DNA from: Octopus bimaculoides
Lineage: Eukaryota
Length of the DNA stretch: 41,606 bases
Direction of reading: 5' to 3'
Assembly: GCF_001194135.2 (NCBI RefSeq)
Contig: NC_068982.1
Span: forward strand, 39,174,456-39,216,061
Shown: positions 1-12,359 of the stretch, piece by piece
How positions within the stretch are numbered: position 1 is the first letter of the stretch
Layout: each line of letters begins with the position of its first letter
Program-made: the position numbers and the translations under genes
The notes under the pieces: generated by a model
What the model was told of the DNA's origin: nothing
Database searches by the model: none
What the model saw: only the letters and a program-made list of their open reading frames with translations

Positions 1-91
1 CAAAAAAAGACAAAAACAATAACAAAAAACAACAACGTGAGGACGTGATACGGATAGTGTTATTAGACGATCGGGAAAGGAAAGAGAGAGA

Positions 92-126
92 GTATGACGT
101 TTCGGGCGGAGCCCTTCGTCGGAAAC
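92..126 (-). ncRNA. Degenerate minimal type I hammerhead-ribozyme-like motif (Penelope-type) in a pyrimidine-rich repeat
   Basis: Minus strand reads GUUU-CCGACGA-A-GGGC-UCC-GCCC-GAAA-CG-UC-AUAC. Core is CUGANGA with U4C, stem II is 4 bp, stem III is the palindrome ACGU with a GUC triplet, and stem I has 3 of 4 pairs. Confidence 0.5.
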
Positions 127-272
127 AAGGAAAGTTCAAAGAAGGGAAAAACGGAGAAAGAAAAACTCAACACCGATGTCCACGAGGTTACATTGTGGAA
201 GGACCGGAAGAGGAAGTGGTGGAGGAAAAGTTCTTTCTAAGACAGGAGAGTGAAAAAGGGAGGTGAATATGT

Positions 273-607
273 GTGCGTGCGTCTGCAAGTGTGTGTGTAA
301 TAACAGAACGTGTGTGTGCATATGTATGTGTGTGTGTGTGTGTGTGCGTGTATGTGTCACTGTTTGTTGTGTGTGAATGTGAGTTATGTGTGGGTTCATT
401 TGCGTATGTGTATATGTATGTGCACCTGGGTGTGTGTGTGTGTGAGTGTGTGTGAGTGTGTGTGTAGGTGTGTAGGTTCATTTGCATGTGTGTGTAAGTG
501 AGTTCGTTTCTACATGTGTGTATGTGCCTTATGTGTGTGTGTGTGCGTGTGTGTATGTATGTATGTATGTATATACATATATGTATGTATATAAGTATGT
601 ATGTATG

Positions 608-651
<44 letters not shown>
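273..651. repeat. (GT)n/(GTAT)n/(AT)n compound microsatellite ending at an assembly gap
   Basis: Directly visible dinucleotide and tetranucleotide runs followed by an N-run. Confidence 0.95.
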
Positions 652-1479
652 NNNNNNNNNNNNNNNNNNNNNNNNNNNNNNNNNNNNNNNNNNNNNNNNN
701 NNNNNNNNNNNNNNNNNNNNNNNNNNNNNNNNNNNNNNNNNNNNNNNNNNNNNNNNNNNNNNNNNNNNNNNNNNNNNNNNNNNNNNNNNNNNNNNNNNNN
801 NNNNNNNNNNNNNNNNNNNNNNNNNNNNNNNNNNNNNNNNNNNNNNNNNNNNNNNNNNNNNNNNNNNNNNNNNNNNNNNNNNNNNNNNNNNNNNNNNNNN
901 NNNNNNNNNNNNNNNNNNNNNNNNNNNNNNNNNNNNNNNNNNNNNNNNNNNNNNNNNNNNNNNNNNNNNNNNNNNNNNNNNNNNNNNNNNNNNNNNNNNN
1001 NNNNNNNNNNNNNNNNNNNNNNNNNNNNNNNNNNNNNNNNNNNNNNNNNNNNNNNNNNNNNNNNNNNNNNNNNNNNNNNNNNNNNNNNNNNNNNNNNNNN
1101 NNNNNNNNNNNNNNNNNNNNNNNNNNNNNNNNNNNNNNNNNNNNNNNNNNNNNNNNNNNNNNNNNNNNNNNNNNNNNNNNNNNNNNNNNNNNNNNNNNNN
1201 NNNNNNNNNNNNNNNNNNNNNNNNNNNNNNNNNNNNNNNNNNNNNNNNNNNNNNNNNNNNNNNNNNNNNNNNNNNNNNNNNNNNNNNNNNNNNNNNNNNN
1301 NNNNNNNNNNNNNNNNNNNNNNNNNNNNNNNNNNNNNNNNNCGCATGTTATAATTGCATACTTTATTCCTACATATGTTTCAAAGGGTTACAACCTGTGT
1401 GATCCATAGGGATCTTTGATATTAAAGTTGTAACCTTCTCATCAGGGAAAGCATGGGAATCATCTTAAACGTAAGACAT

Positions 1480-2350
1480 TATGATCGATTATGAAAACAA
1501 TAGATGGATAAGGTTATGACTTGATTCATTTGAAAAAAACCGTTAGAGAATTGGACGCTGCTGGATAGTGGGTTGGACAACACATACCAATAAATGTGTG
1601 ATAGCGTACATGCATACATAAATACACATACACAAACACACACATATACATGCATACTGATACACACACACATATATATATATGGCTTCAACCATATATA
1701 TATGGCTTCAACCATGGGCTCCAGGCGACTTCGGAATCTCCTGCAACCCTTCTGGACGGTCTCCTTATTTAAGTTGGTGACTGCTGCGATAATCCTTATC
1801 TTCAGTTCATCTTTGGTGTTACAAGGAGTTTTGTTGGTCTCTCGCTCAATTACGCCCCACACATAATAATCAAGGGGTTTGCAATCTGGCGAGTTAGCTG
1901 ACCAGATGTTAGGGGTGATATGGTCACAGAAATTGTCTGACAGTCATGACTCCGTTCTCCTGCTTGTTTGGCATTGTGCAGAGTCATGTTGCCAGGCATA
2001 CGGTCTTCGAGCAGTCACCCTCTTGACTCAGAGTAGCACTACCTCCTCCAGGCACTTGATGTAGGCTTCCGTGTTCATTGTGAGGCCGTGTGGGAAGATG
2101 AATGGAGGCGTGATCACTGCAAACACCATGATGTTGACTGGATGTTTGATTTTTATCACTCTCGGTACATGTCCTCATATTGCACTGTCTTCAGATCCAC
2201 ACCCAAATACTCTGAAATTTTCGTATTGGAGCTTCCAGCGTGAATGCTAATCAGTACAGCATGTCATTTCCAAATTTCTGGCAGCGTGAATTGCGTCATG
2301 ATGCTGTTTTTCTCACAGACGATACCCCACTGACCGTACCAGACTGTATA
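1480..2350 (-). mobile_element. Decayed, internally deleted Tc1/mariner-superfamily transposon
   Basis: Minus-strand translation gives an N-terminal HTH-like MTQFTLPEIWK*HAVLISIHAGSSNTKISEYLGVDLKTVQ (ATG at 2299). It then gives catalytic-region KHPVNIMVF..PPFIFPHGL..WQHDSA..SPDCKPLDYYVWGVIERETNKTPCNTKDELK..FRSRLEPMVEA. Contains stops, frameshifts and a microsatellite interruption at about 1600-1705. Confidence 0.85.
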
Positions 2351-2440
2351 GTCAACAAAATCAAAAGCACACAATACACATGCACGAAAAAAAAAAAGCA
2401 ACAATTTACGTATTTACCCATAAAACCCTGTATATATGTA

Positions 2441-2820
2441 GGCGCAGGCATGGCTGTGTGGTAAGAAGCTTACTCCCCAACTACATACTTCCAGGTTCAA
2501 TATCACTGCGTAGAACTCTGGACAAGTGCCTTCCACTTGTGAGTGGATTTGGTAGACAGAAACCGAAAGAAGCCCGTGGTATATATGTATGTATGTATCT
2601 TTATGTGTTCCTGTTTGTGTTTGTGTTTGTCCCCCCACCATCGCTTGACAACCGATGTTGGTGTGCTTATGTCTCAGTAACTTTAGTGAGATCCGATGGA
2701 GTAAGTACCAGGCTTACAAAGAATAAGTCGTGGGGTCGATTTCTGCGACTAAAAAAAAAACCGTTTAAAGCGATGCTCCAGCATGGCCGCAATTGAATGA
2801 CTGAAACATGTTAAAAAATA
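2441..2820 (+). mobile_element. tRNA-headed SINE, family B (GGCGCAGGCATGGCTGTGTGGTAAG... head)
   Basis: A/B-box-like head and internal TA/GT microsatellite. Homologous copies at 30944-31372, 35605-36005, 36630-36800 and 39045-39215. Confidence 0.85.
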
Positions 2821-3972
2821 AACACGCGCGTGCGCACGCGTGTGTTTGTGTGTGTGTGTGTGTGCGTGCGCGTGCGTGTCTGTGTGTGAGTAAGTGATCT
2901 TCGAGCACCCATATATATATACGACAGCTCGAAGATTCTGTCTGGCAACATGACTGCATGACGCCACACACACATACATGTGTGTGTATGTGTGTGTATA
3001 CACGCCACACATGCATGCGTATATAAGAATGTCTACGTTTATATGAACATATTATTATAATTTCAGATGTATTTTTACCCTTATCTTTATAAAAGTGGAA
3101 TCATTCTATTATCTCCCTTTAATTATGAAGTTGTCATTTTCTACTTCCCTCCCTTGATTTAAATTATAGACTTGAGTGTGGCTTAATGTTTTCTTGATCA
3201 TATTGAATGGTAAACTTAAAGAAAAAAAGTTAGAAATTAAAATTTAATGATATCATTTATAAAAATTTGTTATCTGTCACTTTATTATTTATTGTCCAAC
3301 GAGTATAATCTCTGGGTACAATAGGAAATACTTGACTCTCGAAGTTAGATTTTCAAACTCTATTTTCTTATTTAAATAATCCACTTTTGAGATAGAAATT
3401 TTAAACGTCGTACTTCTTAGAAGAATTATTCTATATGTACCAAAAAAATAATTTCATCAGAGTTTTGATGCGTGGCGCCCATCTCTCCTTCTTCATGTCC
3501 CTAATGGTTGCGTCTACCTAAATGCTATCTCAGTTAAAGTTTAACGGGTGAGTCCACCTAACTTTTAATAGTGGCTAGTACACCTCTGAGCGACCTTTGA
3601 ATCAGTCATTGATTCATGTTTGTGAAGGCGCATGGCTTCATTGTTCGGTTTGTAGTCTTAAGTTGGAAAATTTAATTCCAGAATTTGGCTGCATATTGCG
3701 TTGTTTTTGAGCCATATTTCATTTCACTTTGCTCCAGTCTATTCGGCTGTAATGTGTACCTGCCAAGTGCTAGTGCAAACTTCTCATTCACCAGCTGCCA
3801 TATCTTGACAGATAATTGGATCAAGAGTGATGGAGCTGAGAGATTGTTAATTCTTGCTTGCTTGTCTAAAGAAACCTAAATCAATGAACGAAAACATAAT
3901 ACGTGTGACTAAACCATACTCGCCCACAAAAGTCGACTGATTCAAGTTCAGAATATCTATAACGCACACACA

Positions 3973-4034
<62 letters not shown>

Positions 4035-4249
4035 NNNNNNNNNNNNNNNNNNNNNNNNNNNNNNNNNNNNNNNNNNNNNNNNNNNNNNNNNNNNNNNNNN
4101 NNNNNNNNNNNNNNNNNNNNNNNNNNNNNNNNNNNNNNNNNNNNNNNNNNNNNNNNNNNNNNNNNNNNNNNNNNNNNNNNNNNNNNNNNNNNNNNNNNNN
4201 NNNNNNNNNNNNNNNNNNNNNNNNNNNNNNNNNNNNNNNNNNNNNNNNN

Positions 4250-4353
<104 letters not shown>

Positions 4354-4440
4354 TTTCTACAGAATGAATGAGACCTCCATATTATGTAAATAGAGGAATT
4401 TATCTATAAATATATAATACAAAACAATCAGTTAGTTGTC

Positions 4441-4504
4441 ATAATAATACTCAGAGTTTCAGATACCGGAGCTAAAAGCTACTAGGTATTCTTGTCAGTT
4501 ATTA
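4441..4504 (-). ncRNA. Inverted, core-mutated copy of the 4742-4804 hammerhead
   Basis: Minus strand: UAAUAA-CUGACAA-GAAUACC-loop-GGUAUCU-GAAA-CUC-U-GAG-UA-UUAUUA. G8A breaks the C3:G8 pair; stem I is a perfect 6 bp. Confidence 0.7.
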
Positions 4505-4741
4505 AGACAAGAACGCTATAAGAAAGAGAAAAAAACCCGTTGAATAAAGGGAAGTTACTTTGATAGGCCTGGACAGAATAAATAAAAGTAAAAGATATGA
4601 TATTGTAATAAGACAACCACATAAAGATAGAAATCTTCGTTCATAAAATCTACATACGTACACATGTATATATATACATACATTAACGTACAGACATAAA
4701 CACCTTATTATTTATTTTCCACAGTTTTTTTTTCTGTAACT

Positions 4742-4804
4742 TAATAACTGATGAGGATACCTACTAGCTTTTAGCTCCGGTATCTGAAACTCTGAGTATT
4801 ACTA
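4742..4804 (+). ncRNA. Minimal type I hammerhead ribozyme
   Basis: Stem I 5' TAATAA (4742-4747), core CTGATGA (4748-4754), 7-bp stem II GGATACC/GGTATCT (4755-4761/4779-4785), GAAA (4786-4789), near-palindromic stem III ACTC-T-GAGT, GUA triplet (cut after 4798), stem I 3' TTACTA (5 of 6 pairs). Confidence 0.8.
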
Positions 4805-4827
4805 TGACAACTAATTAATTGTCCTAT

Positions 4828-4877
<50 letters not shown>

Positions 4878-6940
4878 AAAGGGGAAAGAGAAAGGGAGAC
4901 ATACAGACAACCACAAACACACACGCTGTTGGTATCAATGACATTCGAAATAAGAAATCAAAATATATCCATGGATATATAATTATTAGTAAGCAAATGG
5001 ATTAGCGTCGCTATCGACGATAAGATTTTCAGTTGTTCTATGAACTTAGCTACATGTGCCTTGAATTAGCTTGAAAGTGGCTGAGTATTCTGCAGACGCG
5101 TGTACTCTTGACATATTTCTACCTTAGAGTCTGAATGATATACTACAAATTTCCGTCTTCGTATTTTCACTGACAGGCCATGAGTTCACCGAGAGGCAAT
5201 GGTAAAAGACGCTTGCACACGATGAAACGCAGCGGGAGTGAACGTGAGATTTGTGATTGCGAAACAGACTTCTTAACTATTCCGCCTCAATTTCATTAGT
5301 ATCTGCAATAAGAACGAAATCCTTTGGTTAGCACACCATGCCATAGAAGGGATTTTTGTATTCAGTACAAAGTAAGTTATATTCTGTACAGAAAAATTAG
5401 AATTTCCTATCAACTCCATTACGCTTTTAGAATAACGGTGATTTATTTCAGCTGCTTATATCAACGAGATGCCATGCACGAGGTCGCTCGATCTGCTACA
5501 AATAATAGGAAAGACACATTAACTAATATACTTAGAAATATTCCTCAAAATTCTCGTGGGTCTTGACTTAAATTCATTTGATAATATGTTTATTTTATTA
5601 AGGTTGATCAAGTGTTATGGATACAACGCATCATATAACTAGAAGGTAGAAACTTTCAGTAGCTGCCGAGGGACAACTGTTTACGACGTTCGTTTCACAA
5701 GTATGAGGTCTCACCATCAGACTCACTGCATGGATACTTGGGCAAATGCCATTTTCCATAGTCTCAGGTCAAACACCTTGTGAGAGAGATTAAGTAGATA
5801 GAAACTCCACTACTGGACCCCATCGGATTGGTTTTTACCTGTAATTGAAGATGCACAGCCTTATATCACATATACTATGTCACGGTGCCTCTGCCTGAGG
5901 CTATGTGCTATGTGCACACGTGTCTGTGGATTTCTCAACCACTTACAGGTTAATTCAGTTAAGCGAACAAGAGAATCATCAGGGAACGACAAAGATCCAT
6001 CAGCAGCAGCAGCAGCCGCAAAAGCCGCCACCACTACCATCACCGCCNNNNNNNNNNNNNNNNNNNNNNNNNNNNNNNNNNNNNNNNNNNNNNNNNNNNN
6101 NNNNNNNNNNNNNNNNNNNNNNNNNNNNNNNNNNNNNNNNNNNNNNNNNNNNNNNNNNNNNNNNNNNNNNNNNNNNNNNNNNNNNNNNNNNNNNNNNNNN
6201 NNNNNNNNNNNNNNNNNNNNNNNNNNNNNNNNNNNNNNNNNNNNNNNNNNNNNNNNNNNNNNNNNNNNNNNNNNNNNNNNNNNNNNNNNNNNNNNNNNNN
6301 NNNNNNNNNNNNNNNNNNNNNNNNNNNNNNNNNNNNNNNNNNNNNNNNNNNNNNNNNNNNNNNNNNNNNNNNNNNNNNNNNNNNNNNNNNNNNNNNNNNN
6401 NNNNNNNNNNNNNNNNNNNNNNNNNNNNNNNNNNNNNNNNNNNNNNNNNNNNNNNNNNNNNNNNNNNNNNNNNNNNNNNNNNNNNNNNNNNNNNNNNNNN
6501 NNNNNNNNNNNNNNNNNNNNNNNNNNNNNNNNNNNNNNNNNNNNNNNNNNNNNNNNNNNNNNNNNNNNNNNNNNNNNNNNNNNNNNNNNNNNNNNNNNNN
6601 NNNNNNNNNNNNNNNNNNNNNNNNNNNNNNNNNNNNNNNNNNNNNNNNNNNNNNNNNNNNNNNNNNNNNNNNNNNNNNNNNNNNNNNNNNNNNNNNNNNN
6701 NNNNNNNNNNNNNNNNNNNNNNNNNNNNNNNNNNNNNNNNNNNNNNNNNNNNNNNNNNNNNNNNNNNNNNNNNNNNNNNNNNNNNNNNNNNNNNNNNNNN
6801 NNNNNNNNNNNNNNNNNNNNNNNNNNNNNNNNNNNNNNNNNNNNNNNNNNNNNNNNNNNNNNNNNNNNNNNNNNNNNNNNNNNNNNNNNNNNNNNNNNNN
6901 NNNNNNNNNNNNNNNNNNNNNNNNNNNNNNNNNNNNNNNG

Positions 6941-7293
6941 AGGGTTCCAGTTGATCCGATCAACGGAACAGCCTGCTCGTGAAATTAACGTGCAAGTGGC
7001 TGAGCACTCCACAGACACGTGTACCCTTAACGTAGTTCTCGGGGATATTCAGCGTGACACAGTGTGACAAGGCTGACCCTTTGAATTACAGGCACAACAG
7101 AAACAGGAAGTTAGAATGAGAGAAAGTTGTGGTGGAAGAGTACAGCAGGGTTCACCACCATCCCCTGCCGGAGCCTCGTGGAGCTTTAGGAATTTTCGCT
7201 CAATAAACACTCACAACGCCAGTCTGGGAATCGAAACCGCGATCCTATGACCGCGAGTCCACTGCCCTAACCACTGGGCCATTGCGCCTCCAC
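6941..7293 (-). mobile_element. tRNA-headed SINE, family C, near full length
   Basis: Minus strand head GTGGAGGCGCAATGGCCCAGTGGTTAGGG (A box) and GGTTTCGATTCCC (B box). Head shared with 18115-18376; tail similar to the decayed copy near 5880-5960. Confidence 0.85.
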
Positions 7294-7344
7294 GTAAAAC
7301 AATGTAAGTAGCGAGCTTCATTTCGCTGTACCTTAAACATTCTA

Positions 7345-7380
<36 letters not shown>

Positions 7381-8419
7381 CATAGAACAGGCGGAATATT
7401 TCATATTACGTTCTTTTTTAAAAATTGTATGACATGGTTGATTATATAAGGCAATCTTGAGATTTAGTTCAATGTTTAAAGCGTGATTCGGATCGGGTGA
7501 AACGTGTCTTATTGCTGTTCCAGAATCATTTGCCCATTGGAAAATGCCTTGCAGCATTATTTTCGGTTCTTACGTTCTTATTTCAAATCCCGCTGAAGTC
7601 AACCAGTTCCTTCCATCCCTCCCAGAGAGACTAAAATAAAGTACCAACCAATTACTGAAGTCTGTTATCGACTAACTCCCAGCCCCTAAAAAATGGCTAG
7701 CCTTGTTCCTAGTTTAGAAGCAATTATTACAAAATTTTAATGAATGTACCAGTGTAGTGAGGCCTCACATATAATCATGAACTGAGAATGTTCGGTTAAC
7801 TTAGATTACCAAAGGAATCAGTAGAAAACCTCTCCGTATTGTAGCGTTCAAAATCTAAAGACTTATAAGGGAGATAACTCCAACAAAATGATAAACTCGT
7901 ATAAAAGTCAACCAGTTTATTTGTATTTAAAAATCCGAAATGATGTCATGCATATCGTTTACATGTATTGTACCAATATTCACTGATCGAAAGATTGTTC
8001 TGTGTATAAATGTCTTTTGATGACGAAATGAATTTTTTATGCGTGTATCATGCATTTTGATATACGTATCATTCTCATCAACAATGCTGCAGATGAAAGT
8101 GGATGTAAGAAATGGACAGAATGTCGTACATATAACCTGGTCTACACAGAAGAAAGGAATTTGGTTGTCATTCACTTTCTGTTACATTTAGTAAAGGGTG
8201 ATGCTGACATAGCAATGAGGAAGAGCTTTAATTTCTGGTCAAATAACAAATGAACTTGCAAACAAATGTTGTTCTCGAAAAGCTACTTAAGGAGAAGATA
8301 ATGGAGTAACCGGATGCGGGACGGAGAAAAAATGTGCACGCGAGAAGAGGCCTTGTCTCTGATTTGTGATCAGATCGTTAATTCACAGAAGGTTAAAGCT
8401 AAAATTATTAATTCATACA

Positions 8420-8612
8420 AGGTAGCGAGCTGGTAGAGTTGCTAGAGTCTTCATGTACCGAGTCAAAATTCAGCTGAGGTTGACTTCGCATTTCATGCTT
8501 TCGGGGTCGATAAAATAAGTATCAGTTGAACACTGGGGTCAATGTAATCGACTTAACCCTTCCCTTGAAATTGCTGGCCTTCCGTCAAAATTTGAAATCG
8601 ATATCATTAATC
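8420..8612 (+). mobile_element. SINE family A, decayed and internally deleted
   Basis: Contains GAGGTTGACTTCGCATTTCATGCTTTCGGGGTCGATAAAATAAGTA, matching the copies at 32904-33135 and 33984-34218. Confidence 0.8.
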
Positions 8613-8860
8613 CATACAAGAAATGTGGCATTTGGATACATTTTGATGGCAGAGAAGATGAGTACCTACGATAATGATGTTAAAGAAGCAGTGCATGATG
8701 GGTAAACTATAATTACAGATAGCTATGACGAAGAAGAAGCGTGCGGTTATATAATTTTCCCTGATGATTCTGAAGGATTCTTAGGTTCTCAAGACGATGA
8801 GAAGCGATTTTGCAGTTTTTTAGTGAAATTTTATGTTTTGAATGGTATCCCTACGCTAGC

Positions 8861-9588
8861 GTGCCCATCCCATGACTCTTTCTTCATCCCAAAACTCTTT
8901 CTTCATCCCAAAACTCTTTCTTCATAACTTTCAGAAAAATAGATACTTTTTAAGGAAATTTCCTACAGATACGCTTCGAATAGAGCAGATTCTGATTATA
9001 TCTAAATTTCTTGTGAAAATGTTTTACCGAGAGATAGGAAGAAGAGTTTTGGAAAATCTCACGGGGCGGCCTTGTTTCCTTATAACTTTCAGAAAAAGGG
9101 AATATTTTTAATGAAATTTGCTACAAATACTCTTCAGCGTGTGTAGATTACGATTACATCGGAGTTCACTGTGTAAAAAAAAAAAATGGTGAACACGCAC
9201 ATATACATTACTGACACACATCGTAATTTTTTCAAAATTTTCAAGTTACATTTTACAGATATATATGTGAAGTGTATTAGTATGTATGTGTGCGAGCCCA
9301 ACAATGTTTTCATGGCAAATTCCAATAAAATGGGAATCAACATCATCGCAAAAGTTTTTGTAGAAAATGTTCTGAAAAAGTACCCATTTTTCTGAAAGTT
9401 ATAAGGATACGAAGTTGACTCATTTGAATTTTCCGAAGTTTCTCTCTCCACCGTCGGAAAATTTTTTTCCTAACAAGTTCCGATATAATACTAATCTACT
9501 CTATCTGAAGTATATATGGAGAAATTTTCATTAAAAATACCAATTTTTCTGGAAGCTATGAGAAAACAAAGTCGTGGGAGGGGGCAAA
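8861..9588. mobile_element. Foldback-like non-autonomous DNA element with long modular inverted arms
   Basis: (C/T)ATAACTTTCAGAAAAA at 8923 and 9081 is mirrored by reverse complements at 9387-9403 and 9544-9560. The termini TGCCCATCCCATGACTCTTT and AAAGTCGTGGGAGGGGGCA are imperfectly inverted. Confidence 0.65.
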
Positions 9589-10022
9589 CTTGTGTAAGCA
9601 AGCCTTTGAAATATTTAAGATTTACCATGTAATTTTAATATTAAACCATTTTCAATTACTATTGCAGTGTATATGTATATATAAAACTTACGAATATCAT
9701 TTTTATTCACCTCATTTGCCATTTTCGTTTTTATACTTCTAATCGTAAACTGCACTGAATTGTCTAAATGGAGATATAAATTCAACACAAATATACCGAA
9801 CTGTAATGTGTGCTACTTCGACGAAGTTGTTCAGTTATGTCTGTCGGGTACGAATAAAGCTGCAAGTTTAATATTCATCAGAAGTAAAAGGCTGTATTTA
9901 CTTATTAACATGTGTGCTTTGGTGTGTATACTAGATAATTAATCAAACCCTAATTCATTAATGTTTTTCCGTTATTAATTTAAGAGATCATTTTGAGTTT
10001 TGCTACAGGTACAGTAGAAAGT

Positions 10023-10140
10023 GCACGGCCTAATGGTACGGCTACCGGGTTTTCGATCGCAAGGTTGTGGGTTTGATTCCAGGTCCGAGCGGTGCACTGT
10101 ATCCTAGTGTTAGGCACCTTTACGTTGCTCCAGTCTACAC
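10023..10140 (+). mobile_element. Decayed tRNA-like SINE head
   Basis: GCACGGCCTAATGGT...GGGTTTGATTCC A/B-box-like pattern. Confidence 0.5.
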
Positions 10141-10551
10141 ATAAGATAAAAATACATAGTAAGACTGACACAACGACCGGTTAGTGTCAAGTCAACCGTA
10201 GTAGCATTAACAAGACTCTAGCACGAATAGTAATATACAGTGGACTGCTATATACTATCCTTACTCTCTTACATGTATAATAGCTTGAATCGTAACTCTC
10301 AGAAGTAGCTTCCATGTTATAGACGACTCTAAAATTTAGCTTAAAAATCTGCTCTATCTGGAAATGCTAAAAATGCGGTAACTGGGCTTTAAACCACGGA
10401 AGTTTTAAATTTTTTTGGTTTACTAAGCTTCCTTATCGATAACCACATTTAAACGAAGTTTCTCAACCCATTATATTAAATATTTGTGACGATACCGTCC
10501 TTTTATTTAATATTCTCAGCAATCTCTTGAAATATTTGCCCCACAACTACA

Positions 10552-10614
10552 TACCGTATTTACCGGTGTATAAGACGCACTCTGGCATAAGACGCACTCT
10601 GGCATAAGACGCAC
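10552..10614 (+). mobile_element. pogo/Tigger-like terminal inverted repeat fragment with 17-bp subterminal tandem repeats
   Basis: TA followed by CCGTATTTACCGGTGTATAAGACGCAC. ATAAGACGCAC(TCTGGC) occurs at 10570, 10587 and 10604. No matching opposite terminus was found. Confidence 0.55.
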
Positions 10615-10859
10615 ACCAATTTAAAAAAAAATATTTTGTTGAATAAGCAAATTTAGTATGTGTATTCATAGGTTAATTGAAAATGGTTTGAAAGGTTTTA
10701 TGGTGGTGGGGTGGGGTGCATGATTCTGTGCATGTAAATATGATATTGTGACAGTATAATGAAATAGAGTATGAAATCATAAATCTATCATAAATAAATT
10801 ACGTTATAGAAACACCATATCTCAACTTTATCTTCTTTCAAATCAACTATAACGTTGTT

Positions 10860-11397
10860 TATAGTCTGGTCATGAGAATTTCCATATTGGCTGTCTCCTC
10901 ACGTATACTCGGCCGGTAGTCGAAAATAAGGTAAAAGATGACATGTGCAAGAAAATAACATTCTTCCACTGTTCTAGGGACCAATTCTGTAGGTTTTTAC
11001 TCCACTCTAAACGCCTTGCAACGTTTGTTTTTGAAAGCAGTGGTTTTCTGATTGCAGCCCTCCCGTAAAATCCGGCTTTGTGCCGCTCTCGGCGAACAGT
11101 TTTATGGAAACTGGGTTCTCGAGGTGGTCATTAAGCTCTTCAGTAATTTTGGGAACTGTACTTTTGTGATCCTTTCTAACAATTCGGGTAAGAGTTCGAC
11201 GGCCCCTATCTAAAAGTTTTGGTTTTTTCCAGAGTTTTCTTTCAACGAGGAGGTTTTTCCCTCTTTCCCAAAGGCTGTCATTACTTTCGAGACAGTACTT
11301 CTTGATATACCAAACATTTCGGCTGTTTTCGTTACGCTAGCGCCTGCCATACGAGCACTAATAACTTGACCTCTTTGAAAGTCCGATGATCTGTCAT
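10860..11397 (-). mobile_element. Tc1-like transposase remnant (N-terminal paired HTH and start of catalytic domain)
   Basis: MTD.SDFQRGQVISARMAGASVTKTAEMFGISRSTVSKVMTAF..KPKLLDRGRRTLTRIVRKDH..TVRRE.HKAGFYGRAAIRKPLLSKTNVARRLEW..WSLEQWKNVIF, with frameshifts. Confidence 0.9.
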
Positions 11398-12359
11398 TTT
11401 AATGAATTTTAATTACCTTTTTCTGATGATATCTGAAAAAAAACAGCAACTTTAGCAAAACATATTAAGCAACACTGATAATAAATTAAAAAAATCATAA
11501 AAATAAGCAAGCTTTTGATGGTTTTATAGATATTTAAAAATTATGATGCTATGATACTAGGTGTTTCCATTATTTTGTACACTATTATATGATTATATGA
11601 AATATGAGGGACAAATAACCAGGAAAAATATGATTGGAATCGAAAGTCTCCTTGAACTTTTGATGCATTAAAGTCTCATTGAATCTGCCAGAGTATAATA
11701 CTGGTACTCATGTTATCGATAACAAAAGAATGAAGGACAAAGTGGACATCAATAAGTATTAAATGCAGAACACTTAAATTACCTAAGTACTGCAATGGAT
11801 TTAACTTTTGCGACTCTACCTTTTCTAAATCTCAAGCGATATTATGGAAATAAAACAGTTTCGTTTGTATTTTTCACGGTAAGACACATTATATTGTTTG
11901 TGAGAGAAGTGAAACTACGGCTGGCGTCGAACATGAGTAAATATGCGTTTGTCCATATATCTTACTTCTAGCGAAATACCCTTTCGCTACCTGGAGATTC
12001 CCAACGTGGAATAGTCTCGTGAAAATTCCGATTGTTTTCCTATTTTTGAACATTTTACTTATGTAGGAGGACATGTCTATCAGCGTGTAACCAATTTTAA
12101 GACATACATCGCTTTTTCTTTTAAACAGTTCCTAATAAGAACATGTTCGAAGATTAGCTTACTTCAGAATCAGAAAAAGGGGTATTAAAGGGAATTAGAT
12201 GAATTGGTTTCATCTTTATTATTAGAAGAAAGGTTTTATTTATTTTATTTCTATTATTTTTGGTTATTTGTTACTCATCACTTTAATTTCGTGTATTCTT
12301 TAAGCTTCTTTGATGACACCCACACAGATGTACCACACACTTTTCTTAAAGTGACCGGT

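Noticed and set aside
3415-3465. Minus-strand CTGATGA followed by an AATTATT/AATAATT stem
   Set aside because: No GAAA follows the stem.
7927-8253. Overlapping 67-82 aa ORFs of non-repetitive composition
   Set aside because: No recognisable domain or convincing flanking splice sites; cannot be supported without a homology search.
10570-10614. Short direct repeats as a CRISPR-like array
   Set aside because: The 6-bp spacers are identical, the context is eukaryotic transposon TIR, and there are no cas genes.
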